A stretch of 64,000 bases of DNA from a virus, in IMG/VR virus record IMGVR_UViG_3300028392_000049, positions 1 to 64,000 of that record; one strand, given 5' to 3'. This document shows, in pieces, positions 54,973 to 64,000 of the stretch. The notes under the pieces are model-generated. The model was given only the letters and a program-made list of their open reading frames with translations. It did no database searches and was not told the origin of the DNA. The position numbers and the translations under genes are program-made. Position 1 is the first letter of the stretch; each line of letters starts with the position of its first letter.

Positions 54973-57150
54973 TTAAATAGAAGTGGTTACGGTAGCGCCG
55001 CCATCAGTCTGACCGAGCTTAATGATTACAAATTCCGCTGGTCGCTGCAATGCAACACCAACTTCAATGCGGAGTTCTCCAGCAGAGATTACTGCTGAAG
55101 TATTAATGGATGCGTCACACTTGACGTAATATGCCTGGTCCGCAGTTGCGCCGTAAAGGCCGCCTGCACGCCAGAAGCCATCTAGGTACCCATTGACAAT
55201 GCCAGTAACTTCATTCCAAAGTGTCTGGTCGTTGTTCTCAAACACTGCAAACTGCGTTAACGCACGAAGGTTATTTCCTAAGGAATTAAGGGTTCGGCGT
55301 GTTGAGACATATCGGTCTGAGAAGCCTGAGCTAAGTGTGCGAGCACCCATGATGCAGATTCCTGAACCTGGAACATAACGAATAACGTTTACGTTCTTGG
55401 CTCCCGAGTTGACAAGGTCAAACTCTTGGTTAGTAAGCGAAGGTACGGATACCGCAGAGTTAATAACTGAGTAGTAACCAGCAGGTGCCTTGAACACTCC
55501 ACGAGTTGCGTCTGTAGAAGTATAAACTGCGGCTACCGCTCCACCTGGTGCAACTGCCTTAGTCGCTCCTGCAGTTGATGCAGGGTCAGCAATTGAGACA
55601 AATGGGTAGTAGATAGCACCGTAGTTGTTATTGACTGCACCATAGCCAGATGTCAAAGTAAGCACATCTGATGCTGAGGTATTATTAACCGAAGCGTCAA
55701 GAACTACAAACGAGTCTCCACGATTAGCTGCGTAACCGATAAGCTTAACCGCTGCTGTTTGGTTATTTGTTTGAGTAGCGGCAGCGTCCGCAGCAGCCAG
55801 CGGGAACCGTGAGTTTGACATATCTGGGTAGTTAATCAACAGCGGTGCTGTAATTGAGTCCAGACGAGGCAAGATATCTGTAGCCACGTAAGAACCTACA
55901 GACCCAAGGTCAGCTGCACTTGAGCCTTCTGAGCCAACAATGCCTGCAACGGTACACTTAGTAGTAGTAGTAACTCCTAGACGTACTTTATCAACCTGTG
56001 CAGCTGTTACACCTGTTGCAGAGGTAGAACCTGCAGCAGTGTACGTTGTGCCAGTGATTGAGCTAGTAACTGCTGAGGCTGCCCATACAAATGAACCGTC
56101 TGTTGAATTGACATTAGCCCCAGTAGAAGCCACCGACCAAAGAGTAGTAAACAATGGAAGACGGTTGTAACCAGATGCAGATGAGCCGCCATCAGTTGCG
56201 GTAATCCAAGTAGAATTAGCGTTAATAACATTAACCGCATAGCGAGCATCACTAGATGTCATAGTCAAATTAGTGAAGGACTCAACACGGTCATTAGCAG
56301 TAAGGTCAGATGCTGATGCTACGACACGAGTGGTGTAGTAAACGTTTACATCAAAGTAGTTAGTAGAAGAACTTGGGGTAACAGATACCCAAAGGTTATT
56401 ACCCCAAATACCATGATCAGCCGCATTGAACTGTAAGGTACTTGCAGTGGTAGATGATGTTCCACCATTGATAACAATGCTCGTACCAGTCTGAGTAGTT
56501 TCAGCAATAGTACCTGTTTTATAAATAATAGTAAACGACTTACCATCCGTCGCTACGTCAGCAACAACCCATTGTTTTCCAGGAGCGCTTAGCACCGAAT
56601 ACCCTGTAGTACTAACTCCACTAATAGTTACTACACGACCTGGCTCTAATGTGGAGAACTCAGCAGTGGATGAATAGATAGAGATCTTTCCAGCATTGGC
56701 AGTTCCGTTGAGTGTCCATGTACCTGCCTGGGTAATTCCTTGGTTGCTGTCTTTGAACTTAGCAACAGCTTGGATTGAATCTTTATTAAGATTACGAACA
56801 ATGTAAGCCTGTGAGCCACCATTATCGAAGAATGTCTTGACTGCATACTTAAGGGCAGACGAGGCTGTACCAACAGTGTTGTTGTATGCTTGGCTAGATG
56901 CCGAAGCAACCGTAGCAGTAGCATCAAATGGGCCAACAGTTGAGCCATAGCTGAACTCGTTGACAAAGTCTGACCATGAGCTGACCAAAAGAGGGGTACT
57001 GATGATGCTACCTGCAGCACCAGTAGGGTTACCGCCACGGTCTGCAATACCAATAAATACTGCAACCGAGTCGCCAGTGGTTTGAGCCACAGGCTTATTT
57101 GGGGATAGCGACTCTTGGACGTAGACGCCAGGCTTATTAATTGTAGCCAT
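54973..57150 (-). CDS. Tail sheath protein
   Basis: PGVYVQE, FFDNGG, YYP, RGVFKAPAG, GARTL, FAVFE.N, PAEFVII. Confidence 0.95.
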   Translation of the reverse strand: MATINKPGVYVQESLSPNKPVAQTTGDSVAVFIGIADRGGNPTGAAGSIISTPLLVSSWSDFVNEFSYGSTVGPFDATATVASASSQAYNNTVGTASSALKYAVKTFFDNGGSQAYIVRNLNKDSIQAVAKFKDSNQGITQAGTWTLNGTANAGKISIYSSTAEFSTLEPGRVVTISGVSTTGYSVLSAPGKQWVVADVATDGKSFTIIYKTGTIAETTQTGTSIVINGGTSSTTASTLQFNAADHGIWGNNLWVSVTPSSSTNYFDVNVYYTTRVVASASDLTANDRVESFTNLTMTSSDARYAVNVINANSTWITATDGGSSASGYNRLPLFTTLWSVASTGANVNSTDGSFVWAASAVTSSITGTTYTAAGSTSATGVTAAQVDKVRLGVTTTTKCTVAGIVGSEGSSAADLGSVGSYVATDILPRLDSITAPLLINYPDMSNSRFPLAAADAAATQTNNQTAAVKLIGYAANRGDSFVVLDASVNNTSASDVLTLTSGYGAVNNNYGAIYYPFVSIADPASTAGATKAVAPGGAVAAVYTSTDATRGVFKAPAGYYSVINSAVSVPSLTNQEFDLVNSGAKNVNVIRYVPGSGICIMGARTLSSGFSDRYVSTRRTLNSLGNNLRALTQFAVFENNDQTLWNEVTGIVNGYLDGFWRAGGLYGATADQAYYVKCDASINTSAVISAGELRIEVGVALQRPAEFVIIKLGQTDGGATVTTSI

Positions 57151-57178
57151 TATTTCTCCTTAATAGAATTGATAAGTT

Positions 57179-57865
57179 TTAGACGGGATACATAGTCGTA
57201 GGTACATCACTTTGTACCCAGGATCCAGATGTGTTGTGGTTTACGCTTACAGCCGTTACAATTTGTGACGACACAGCGCTTGCCACAGCAGGAGTCATCT
57301 CACTAACAACTCTTACTGTGAAGGTATTACGTAGCAGTCGCTTATTTCCATTTTCGCCTTCTGCTTTGTCATTCTTAATGACACTGTCTAAGAACATATG
57401 GCGCCGAGCGGTGCTTGTTCCAAGTTCATTCTTGACTTCCAAGTGCCCATACATGGCAGGAAATCTTTGATGCAATGTATAAAGTAGCGTCCTGTCATGC
57501 CGTGGGTGGCGCGAGTAAGACGTGACTTGATACATTAAATCGTATGCAACTGGTACGTCATAACTGTACCAGTTTGCAGGTACACCGTCAGGGTAAGTTT
57601 GGTTTGAGCCTGGGGTTATGTACCAATTGGTAGCAATAGTTCCAGCGTTATCGCTGTCAATAACCAGACCAGAAGACTGCCGTTCACGGGCTTGGCGGAT
57701 GCCAATCAAGTCAATAGTTACAAAGGGAAAGCTCTGCTGGCGGACTTCTACGTCAGGGTAGCCAAACCATACGCTCACTGCTCGGCTTGGGGATTTTTCG
57801 TCCGATACTGTAATGCCCGAAAGGTAAGTTTTAAGGGCAGCATCTTCATTAAGAATAAAAGGCAT
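57179..57865 (-). CDS. Tail terminator / head-tail joining protein
   Basis: ED.ALK, P....FP.VTID, YDL.YQV; directly upstream of the sheath. Confidence 0.65.
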   Translation of the reverse strand: MPFILNEDAALKTYLSGITVSDEKSPSRAVSVWFGYPDVEVRQQSFPFVTIDLIGIRQARERQSSGLVIDSDNAGTIATNWYITPGSNQTYPDGVPANWYSYDVPVAYDLMYQVTSYSRHPRHDRTLLYTLHQRFPAMYGHLEVKNELGTSTARRHMFLDSVIKNDKAEGENGNKRLLRNTFTVRVVSEMTPAVASAVSSQIVTAVSVNHNTSGSWVQSDVPTTMYPV

Positions 57866-58185
57866 TAAAATAAACCTTTTTCTTTAAGGTAATCAGACAG
57901 GGCGGTAAACACGGCTTTACCAACTTCAGGTTGGGCATGCTCTTTGAAATTACGCATTGCCGCTCTAGGGGGAATGCTCTCATCCCCGTACTCGGCCGAC
58001 ATTACTTTGCTGTGCATGCTAGTAGGGTAAGAAAGACCTACGCCATTGCTATGGGAAACTACCTTGACAGCAGAGTGAACATCCTCATCCCAGTGATGTG
58101 CCTGGGCAATATTAGACCAATCATTATTTAAAGTATCGGTTGAGGAGTCAAGCTGAGTTTTTAAAAGCTCTGAAAATGAAGACAT
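57865..58185 (-). CDS. Neck / tail completion protein
   Basis: EYG....PP...MR motif. Confidence 0.55.
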   Translation of the reverse strand: MSSFSELLKTQLDSSTDTLNNDWSNIAQAHHWDEDVHSAVKVVSHSNGVGLSYPTSMHSKVMSAEYGDESIPPRAAMRNFKEHAQPEVGKAVFTALSDYLKEKGLF

Positions 58186-58310
58186 TAATCCCGACCCAAG
58201 CGAAGAAAAGCCCCATACAACAATCCATCCAAGAAACCGCCTGCTTGATGATGCATAGCACCATAGTAGAATGCAGGGAAAGAGGCTTGAGAAACAGTCT
58301 CTTTAGCCAT
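58185..58310 (-). CDS. Small hypothetical protein (41 aa), not in the ORF track
   Basis: AAGGAG SD; TAATG coupling to the next gene. Confidence 0.6.
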   Translation of the reverse strand: MAKETVSQASFPAFYYGAMHHQAGGFLDGLLYGAFLRLGRD

Positions 58311-58392
58311 AGTATTTCTCCTTGGAGGAGTAGCAGGGTTTCGCATGGGTGGTGATGTAGTTCCTGCAGTGGAACTTCTTTAATAGTAAATG

Positions 58393-58414
58393 AAAAAGCC
58401 CCCTTTCGGGGGCT
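58393..58414 (-). terminator. Intrinsic terminator
   Basis: AGCCCCC-GAAA-GGGGGCT-TTTT. Confidence 0.85.
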
Positions 58415-58430
58415 AAATCAATATTAGTTT

Positions 58431-58763
58431 TTACGAAGCCGAACCAGTTTGAACATATGAAGCTAGAACAATACAAGTAGAAGTCATAGCAGCCGAAGCG
58501 TACCCATAGATAGTATCTCCACCATTTGCCCAAAACTGAAGCACACCAACAGCAGAAGTAGCAGCACTACTGGCAGCAGCAGGTACTTTAAGACCACCAT
58601 TGGTAGTTCCAAGACCATCTAAGGTATCATCGCCAATAGCCAAAGCAGCAGTTGTATCTCTATTTTGAATAGTGACATATGCCTGGGTAGCACCCTTAGG
58701 TACTGTGTAAATAAGTGTCTTAGTAGTCGCAGGAAGCGAGACTGTGACGTGGTCAAGAGCCAT
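58431..58763 (-). CDS. Small beta-rich virion/decoration protein
   Basis: IQN......IG...G..V pattern; in the structural module. Confidence 0.65.
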   Translation of the reverse strand: MALDHVTVSLPATTKTLIYTVPKGATQAYVTIQNRDTTAALAIGDDTLDGLGTTNGGLKVPAAASSAATSAVGVLQFWANGGDTIYGYASAAMTSTCIVLASYVQTGSAS

Positions 58764-58975
58764 TACTTCTTGCCCTTAATCTTCTTGGCAAGGGCGGTAT
58801 CCTTCTTGATATCTTCCTTTTTGGACATAGGCTTCTTATCCATCTTCTTGTCTTCCTTAGCAAACTTAGCCTTTTGAGCTGGGGTCATACCCTTCATTGT
58901 CTTGGCATCTTGCTTCTTGTCTGCAGCCTTAGTTGGGCCACATGCACACTTTGCTTTACCGCACTTCTTGCACAT
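58763..58975 (-). CDS. Lys-rich small protein
   Basis: TAATG coupling. Confidence 0.7.
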   Translation of the reverse strand: MCKKCGKAKCACGPTKAADKKQDAKTMKGMTPAQKAKFAKEDKKMDKKPMSKKEDIKKDTALAKKIKGKK

Positions 58976-59091
58976 TATTTCTTACCAGCTTTCTTTGTAG
59001 TAGTTTTCTTAGCAAACTTCTTATTAGCAGCTGCTAGAGTCTTTTGACCGTGCTTATTCTTAGGCTGCTTACAGCCACAGGTTGCGCACAT
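58975..59091 (-). CDS. Lys-rich small protein (38 aa, MCATCGC)
   Basis: Translated by hand; TAATG coupling on both sides. Confidence 0.7.
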   Translation of the reverse strand: MCATCGCKQPKNKHGQKTLAAANKKFAKKTTTKKAGKK

Positions 59092-59327
59092 TACTTGCTC
59101 GCTTTCTTATGAGGATTGTTTTTATGCCAGTCTTTAGTGGCTTTAACCCCAGCCTTGACTGTCTTGGCCCCAGCTTTTTTAGTTAAATCAATCTTGTCGT
59201 ACTTGCCGTTTTCCTTTTTTGAGCCAGCATGATCGACAACTACGTCACCTTTTTTGTCCTTATAGACACGGTGAACTTTACCCGACACTTTAAGTGTAGC
59301 AGGACTTTCTTTTTTCTTAGCGGCCAT
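59091..59327 (-). CDS. Lys-rich small protein
   Basis: TAATG coupling. Confidence 0.7.
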   Translation of the reverse strand: MAAKKKESPATLKVSGKVHRVYKDKKGDVVVDHAGSKKENGKYDKIDLTKKAGAKTVKAGVKATKDWHKNNPHKKASK

Positions 59328-59791
59328 TACGCCTTACCTTTCTTAGTTCCTCGATAAGTACGTGTGTGTGCTTTTGAATCCCCTGTGCCTGCGTCAAGGA
59401 CGGTGTGAGCGGCAACAATGTGAACAGGTGAGCCTGGGCGCACTGTGTGCTCTTGCTCTACAGCGTGTTCATCTGGGGCATTGTATTGAGTGTAAATAGC
59501 GGGTAACTCTTTGTCTGCACGTTCTTTAAGTAATGCGTTGTGCTCTTCACTGCCAGGTTGGATAACATGACGTTTATGAACTCTGGCTTCTAGGACTGTG
59601 CCTTTAGACGACTCAGGCTCCCAAGAATTTGGGTCATCCTCATGTGGGTCTATCCCTAAAGAGAACCCAAACGCAGTTTCTCTATTCGGAGTCCAATGCA
59701 TACCTAAGTTTTCAGTGTCAATGTCGGTGCGTGCTTTATCATTGAAGCCACGATACAAAGTAATGAATTGTGCCCCAGGTTCAACGGCCAT
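59327..59791 (-). CDS. Putative ADP-ribosyltransferase-fold protein
   Basis: TLYRG, GMHWT...A..F, EQE motifs in ART order. Confidence 0.55.
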   Translation of the reverse strand: MAVEPGAQFITLYRGFNDKARTDIDTENLGMHWTPNRETAFGFSLGIDPHEDDPNSWEPESSKGTVLEARVHKRHVIQPGSEEHNALLKERADKELPAIYTQYNAPDEHAVEQEHTVRPGSPVHIVAAHTVLDAGTGDSKAHTRTYRGTKKGKA

Positions 59792-59952
59792 TACTTACCC
59801 TTCTTTTTCTTAGCAGCATTCATATTATCCACAAGATTAGGGTAAGGACGACCAGCAGCCTTAGCCTTTGCTTTGGCAGCAGCCTTTTTCTTAGGTGTAA
59901 GTTTTTTGTCTTTCTTGCTAGGATCAGGTGTGTCCCACACTTCTTTAACCAT
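59791..59952 (-). CDS. Lys/Ala-rich small protein (53 aa, GRPYPNLVDNM)
   Basis: Translated by hand; TAATG coupling on both sides. Confidence 0.7.
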   Translation of the reverse strand: MVKEVWDTPDPSKKDKKLTPKKKAAAKAKAKAAGRPYPNLVDNMNAAKKKKGK

Positions 59953-60257
59953 TATTTTTTCTTTCCATTGTTACGAGCGGTAATAGCCGCAGCCTTCTTC
60001 TTAGCATCGGCCTTGCTAGAAGCGCCCCATGCATTTAATGAAAGCAATAAGCGAGTAGGCTCACCATTTGGTTTATGCTCTGGCCCAGGCATTCCACCCA
60101 TACGGGCAAGGAAAGACGCACGGCGTGGGCTATCTCCAGATTTAACTGGGGCTTTTAGATCTGAACCTGGATGAGACTTCTCGTAAGACTTGCGGCCTTT
60201 TTCATTAAGTCCGCCCTTCTTATTTTGGCCTTCCTTTTTCTGCCATTTTTCAGTCAT
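59952..60257 (-). CDS. Basic conserved phage protein (DUF6321-like)
   Basis: GGLNEKGR...LKAPV...RRASF.ARM.G...SL.AW. Confidence 0.7.
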   Translation of the reverse strand: MTEKWQKKEGQNKKGGLNEKGRKSYEKSHPGSDLKAPVKSGDSPRRASFLARMGGMPGPEHKPNGEPTRLLLSLNAWGASSKADAKKKAAAITARNNGKKK

Positions 60258-60265
60258 AGTAAATC

Positions 60266-61027
60266 CTAATTAGCGTAATACTGGAACTGAGGATCGTTAA
60301 CCAGTTCTTCAGATAGAATCTGCTGGCAATCGAAAGTCAGTAAGGTGTATCTCTCATTAATAATACCAGCATATTGACTGCTGATAGGACGATATACCTG
60401 GTTCTTCCAAACAATGCGGTCACGATTTAGTGGGTCAGGATTCTCAGAATCATTGGGGTCCAGCTTATATAGCATTTCAGGAATGGTGTTAATAAGCACA
60501 TCATGGTCAATAGTGAAATGGATACGGTCAGCGTTGTAGAAACCCTGCTGAACCATGTTAGTTTGACCTTCTTTAAGGACGGCTCGGATAACTGGGACTG
60601 TAATTCCAGGCTTCCATTGGCGACCATCGCTAGTAAAGTTAACAGAAGTTCCCGCACTGATTGGGGCAATATTCTTTAGGGTAAGCTTTACTACTGACCC
60701 AGTTATACTTACTACCACAGCCCCATTGGCTACGCCTACACCATTAACTGCCATACCAACGGTAACTCCAGTAGTAGAAGATACGGTAATATTAGTTGTG
60801 GCAATAGAGCCTGTCATGGTGGTATTAATGCTAGCCCCAGTTGTACTGGTTGCGTAGTTAGACCCGACGTCATAAATTGGATCAATATTGCTTACCGTAG
60901 GATTCCATACAAACCACTGCACAGTTGTACCAGCAGGATTAGTTAAATCTTTAGTGATGGCATCATGGATTTCCCCAGTTTCAAAGTCGGTGTCAAACCG
61001 ACCGCTAGGGGTATATGGCCTACTCAT
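60266..61027 (-). CDS. Head-tail connector/neck protein with an inserted beta-domain
   Basis: DPIYDVG...[insert]...W, GFYN.D, DRIVW..QVYRP, EELVNDPQF. Confidence 0.6.
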   Translation of the reverse strand: MSRPYTPSGRFDTDFETGEIHDAITKDLTNPAGTTVQWFVWNPTVSNIDPIYDVGSNYATSTTGASINTTMTGSIATTNITVSSTTGVTVGMAVNGVGVANGAVVVSITGSVVKLTLKNIAPISAGTSVNFTSDGRQWKPGITVPVIRAVLKEGQTNMVQQGFYNADRIHFTIDHDVLINTIPEMLYKLDPNDSENPDPLNRDRIVWKNQVYRPISSQYAGIINERYTLLTFDCQQILSEELVNDPQFQYYAN

Positions 61028-61122
61028 CGTACCCTCAAACTTGTTTTATCAATATTGATACCACGGCAGCAAGCTGCGTAGTCTTCACAGTCCTGAGTTG
61101 GACAACCTGTTCTACAAGCCAT
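61024..61122 (-). CDS. Small Cys-rich protein (32 aa, CRTGCPTQD)
   Basis: Translated by hand; TGATG and ATGA coupling. Confidence 0.55.
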   Translation of the reverse strand: MACRTGCPTQDCEDYAACCRGINIDKTSLRVR

Positions 61123-61271
61123 CATTCCCACTCTTCCTCAGTCTTTACAGGAGTACTGTACGTATAGCATCCACCACATAGAGTTTTATCCCCAGCATCA
61201 ACAAGGCGAGTTTCCTCATTGAACACGGGGCATTCATGGTTTTTGCAAGTCGCTATATAAATATACCTCAT
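61122..61271 (-). CDS. Small Cys-containing protein (49 aa), possible fibre chaperone
   Basis: Translated by hand; TAATG coupling after the fibre gene. Confidence 0.55.
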   Translation of the reverse strand: MRYIYIATCKNHECPVFNEETRLVDAGDKTLCGGCYTYSTPVKTEEEWE

Positions 61272-62614
61272 TACGCAGCCTCATATGTAACAACAAAGTT
61301 AAAGTGATCAGCATTAGCCCATGTTCCAGGAATGGTAGAAGACATACTGGTAAATGAAGCATATGTTCCAGCAGCATTACCAATAGTCATTGACCATGTT
61401 GTTGTTGCGTTCAAGTATCCTGTACCAGAAAAAGCGGCACCACCAGAAAGCACCATTGCTTGATGTGGAAAGTAGTATGCTCCACCAACCTTGGCAGTTA
61501 CTGGCAAAGTTAATATCGGATTACCTGAAACAGTTGTACCACTCAAAGTAAATTTACAACGCCAAGTAACTGTTTTACCAATTTGAGTGTAAAAAGAATC
61601 AAATGTCCCACTGCCCTTAGTCCAGTTAGTCATTACTGGAGTAAATGTACTCCAAGCACTAACAATACTTGTGCCATTTAATTGAATATCACTTGTATGG
61701 TTAACTGTAGTAGCAGTAATAATATTAGCGCTAAAGTTACCTGAACCATCACGAATAACAAGTGCATTATTAGTAGCTGCTGACGTAGCAGACACACTAT
61801 TCATTTGAACAGTAGTTCCATTAACTGTGGTAGCAGTAACAGTAGTAGCAGTTACCGTAGTGGCTGTAACAGCGGTGGCTGTTAATGAGCCTGAACCAAG
61901 AGAAAGACTGTTATTGGTAGGAGATGCGGCATTGCTTAGATCTGTCCACATAGTTGTTTTTGACGCATTTGTAGCGGTAGCAAAAATTAAAGATGTTCCA
62001 GATACCCACATGTCACCAATAACATAGTTACCAGAAGTAGGAACAGTTCCAGATGCTGGAATATTTACAGATGCTCGGTTAGTTGCCGTAGTTGCAAGGC
62101 TAAGTTTTCCAGTAAGAGTGGCTGTTGTAGCATTAACCGTAGTGGCATTTACAGTTGTAGCAGTTACAGTAGTTGCAACAACAGCGTTAAAAGTTCCCGT
62201 AGCAGTAAATGAAGCCGTAGTTCCCGAAATAGTATTTGCTGATAAAGAATTATTACCTGCAGTAAGTGCTAAAGTTCCAGAGTTATTTTGGAATGCAAAA
62301 GAACGACTTGCGGTAAGTGAGCCAACAGAAAAACTAGCACCCCAAGAATTAGTTGAGTCATATATAAAAGTATTTCCACTTAAATAGGTAGTTGTGTTAG
62401 CGCTTCCTAAACTCAGCGTTCCATCGAATGTTCCATTAGAAGGGTTAATGCTGATGTCACCTGTAACAGATGCCGCTGAAGCATATATCTGAGCAGGTGT
62501 TACATACGGACCTTCTAGGATTCCTGTAAAACTCATATTAGCTATATTTGACAATCCAGACGTAGTAAACGTCTGAGCACCAACAGACAAACCACTAAGA
62601 AATTTTTTGGACAT
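61271..62614 (-). CDS. Tail fibre / receptor-binding protein
   Basis: (V/T)xATT pentad repeats; C-terminal W..FTP...YTQIGKTV...LTLPV...YEAA domain. Confidence 0.8.
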   Translation of the reverse strand: MSKKFLSGLSVGAQTFTTSGLSNIANMSFTGILEGPYVTPAQIYASAASVTGDISINPSNGTFDGTLSLGSANTTTYLSGNTFIYDSTNSWGASFSVGSLTASRSFAFQNNSGTLALTAGNNSLSANTISGTTASFTATGTFNAVVATTVTATTVNATTVNATTATLTGKLSLATTATNRASVNIPASGTVPTSGNYVIGDMWVSGTSLIFATATNASKTTMWTDLSNAASPTNNSLSLGSGSLTATAVTATTVTATTVTATTVNGTTVQMNSVSATSAATNNALVIRDGSGNFSANIITATTVNHTSDIQLNGTSIVSAWSTFTPVMTNWTKGSGTFDSFYTQIGKTVTWRCKFTLSGTTVSGNPILTLPVTAKVGGAYYFPHQAMVLSGGAAFSGTGYLNATTTWSMTIGNAAGTYASFTSMSSTIPGTWANADHFNFVVTYEAA

Positions 62615-62623
62615 ACTACTAGT

Positions 62624-64000
62624 TTATCCTATAATTACAGCAGTGTATGAAGTCGCCGTAGTAGCCGCTACTGCAAATGTGACAGTAGTTGAGTTAGTTA
62701 CGGTAACATCTAGTTCTACAAGAACACCAGATGGATCAAATACCTGAACCAAAACTGCGGTGGTTCCTAGTGTGTGGGTAACTGTAGTGCTGGTTACCGA
62801 TGAGAAGTTTAGAGTTCCAGTTGCCTTAGATGTAGATGTGCTAATACCCAAAAGCGTACGTACTGAAGATGTAGAGGTAGGAACATACTTAGTTCCATCG
62901 CCAACAGCAAAGTAGTTATTAGTAGCAGTAGCCGAGTTGCCTGTACCACCCTGAGCCACAGTCAAAGCAGTTGTAAGTCCAGTAATGCTGGTGATATCTG
63001 AGTTAGCGCCCGATCCCGCTGCTGATAAAGCTGTACGAGCAAGTGCAGCCGTAGTTGCCGCAGTTCCACCCTGAGCAATAGATAGCGCAGTTGTTAAACC
63101 TGTAATGCTTGTGATATCTGAGTTAGCCCCTAATGAAGCAGCGCTAAGTGATGTGCGAGCAAGGGCAGCCGTTGTAGCAGCAGTACCACCTTGAGCAATT
63201 GATAATGCAGTAGTCAAACCGCCAAGGCTAGTAATATCAGTATTAGCACCTGAAGCGGCTGCTGACAAAGATGTGCGAGCAAGAGCAGCCGTTGTTGCCC
63301 CAGTACCACCATTAGGAACAGAGAGTGCAGTAGTAAGAGTTGTGATACCGCTTGCGGTAATATATCCCGAGGCATCTACTTTAGCAACAGCAGTAGACGT
63401 ATTTCTCCATTGTTGAAGATCGGCCGTTTGACTTGTAGTTCCGTATACACTCAACGGAACTGAGTTGGTAGCCACTGATTGGATAAGAACACCATTAGTA
63501 CCTGGGTTAGAAATACCAACACCAATAGAGTTAAACTGTGCGTTGGATCCAGTTCCTAAATTTAATGCAGTAGCAGCTTGTGTAGCAGTTATTTGACCCG
63601 TACCACCTTGACCAATAGACAGAGCAGTTGTTAAACCAGATAGCTGTGTAATGTCTGAGTTAAGCCCAGAGGCCGCTGCAGATAAAGCTGTGCGAGCAAG
63701 AGGGGCCGTAGTAGCCCCCGTACCACCATTAGCAATAGCTACGGTACCTGTTACGTTTGCGGCATTGCCCGTGATATTTCCTGAAATTGCAGAACCAGGA
63801 ACTGAGGTTGAGGCTGTTACGGCACTAGCGCCGTTACCATACAAGAACCCTGTTAGACCTGTAAGAGTTGCTCCAGCAAATGTTGGGCTGGCACTAGTAG
63901 CCACAGATTGTGGAATACCAATTTGTAGAGTACCTGAGCCAACAGTGGCAGTGATGTTGCTAGTTGAAAGTGAAGCAACCGTGTAGTTAGTGCCGTTACC
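62624..64000 (-). CDS. Tail fibre protein, 5'-partial (frame open to the window end)
   Basis: GGTGATTA..ART.L repeats; VTHTLGT..V.VQV C-terminus. Confidence 0.8.
   Translation of the reverse strand, partial: GNGTNYTVASLSTSNITATVGSGTLQIGIPQSVATSASPTFAGATLTGLTGFLYGNGASAVTASTSVPGSAISGNITGNAANVTGTVAIANGGTGATTAPLARTALSAAASGLNSDITQLSGLTTALSIGQGGTGQITATQAATALNLGTGSNAQFNSIGVGISNPGTNGVLIQSVATNSVPLSVYGTTSQTADLQQWRNTSTAVAKVDASGYITASGITTLTTALSVPNGGTGATTAALARTSLSAAASGANTDITSLGGLTTALSIAQGGTAATTAALARTSLSAASLGANSDITSITGLTTALSIAQGGTAATTAALARTALSAAGSGANSDITSITGLTTALTVAQGGTGNSATATNNYFAVGDGTKYVPTSTSSVRTLLGISTSTSKATGTLNFSSVTSTTVTHTLGTTAVLVQVFDPSGVLVELDVTVTNSTTVTFAVAATTATSYTAVIIG
62945..63310 (-). repeat. 120-bp (40-aa) tandem repeats within the fibre gene
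   Basis: GT(G/A)ATATC at 62991, 63111 and 63231; a further copy near 63600-63730. Confidence 0.85.

Noticed and set aside
61271-64000. Diversity-generating retroelement acting on the fibre genes
   Set aside because: There is no reverse transcriptase in the window, and the repeats are in-frame tandem coding repeats, not an adenine-specific TR/VR pair.
10140-64000. Numerous + strand ORFs of 60-170 aa in the right arm, and - strand ORFs in the left arm
   Set aside because: They are antisense shadows of well-supported genes and lack SDs and motifs.
1-64000. Prophage/integration module, alternative genetic code, or an extracellular contractile injection system
   Set aside because: No integrase or host genes are seen. 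Standard-code ORFs tile the window with all three stops in use. The tail genes come with a full phage replication module; capsid and terminase presumably lie outside the window.

Overview
A 64-kb segment of a lytic-looking myovirus (contractile tail) that probably infects a low-GC Actinobacterium, for example a freshwater acI-like host. The host call is an inference from WhiB, a ClgR-like HTH, an actinobacterial-type SLT and many leaderless TANNNT promoters. Bases 1-10.1 kb (+ strand) are an early/accessory arm of short, mostly acidic ORFs with repeated structured RNA elements and an ~800-bp noncoding control region. From 10.1 kb to 64 kb everything is on the - strand: class II ribonucleotide reductase, a nucleotidyltransferase/glycosyltransferase/HAD-like/TGT-like cluster, metallophosphoesterase, SpoVS, RuvC, Cas4-like nuclease, WhiB, RecA, PolA, SSB, a tRNA cluster, HNH, cell-wall hydrolases, SNF2, primase, DnaB, DnaC-like loader, then baseplate, tape measure, tube, sheath, neck and fibre genes. 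The top finding is a 78-nt RNA gene inside the tRNA cluster (31826-31903, -). It has the tRNA-like-domain signatures of tmRNA (G3.U70, GGUUUCGAC D-loop, helix 2a, GAC plus T-arm) but no mRNA-like/tag domain, i.e. a 'tagless mini-tmRNA'. Other notable items: three covarying H-type pseudoknots and an anticodon-less tRNA-like element in the early arm, two DnaA-box promoters with identical spacing, a candidate UUU-CGA +1 frameshift in the tail chaperone, a spike OB-fold split by an inserted domain, and an ART-like gene among the virion genes. All product calls come from motif recognition by eye; no database search was run.
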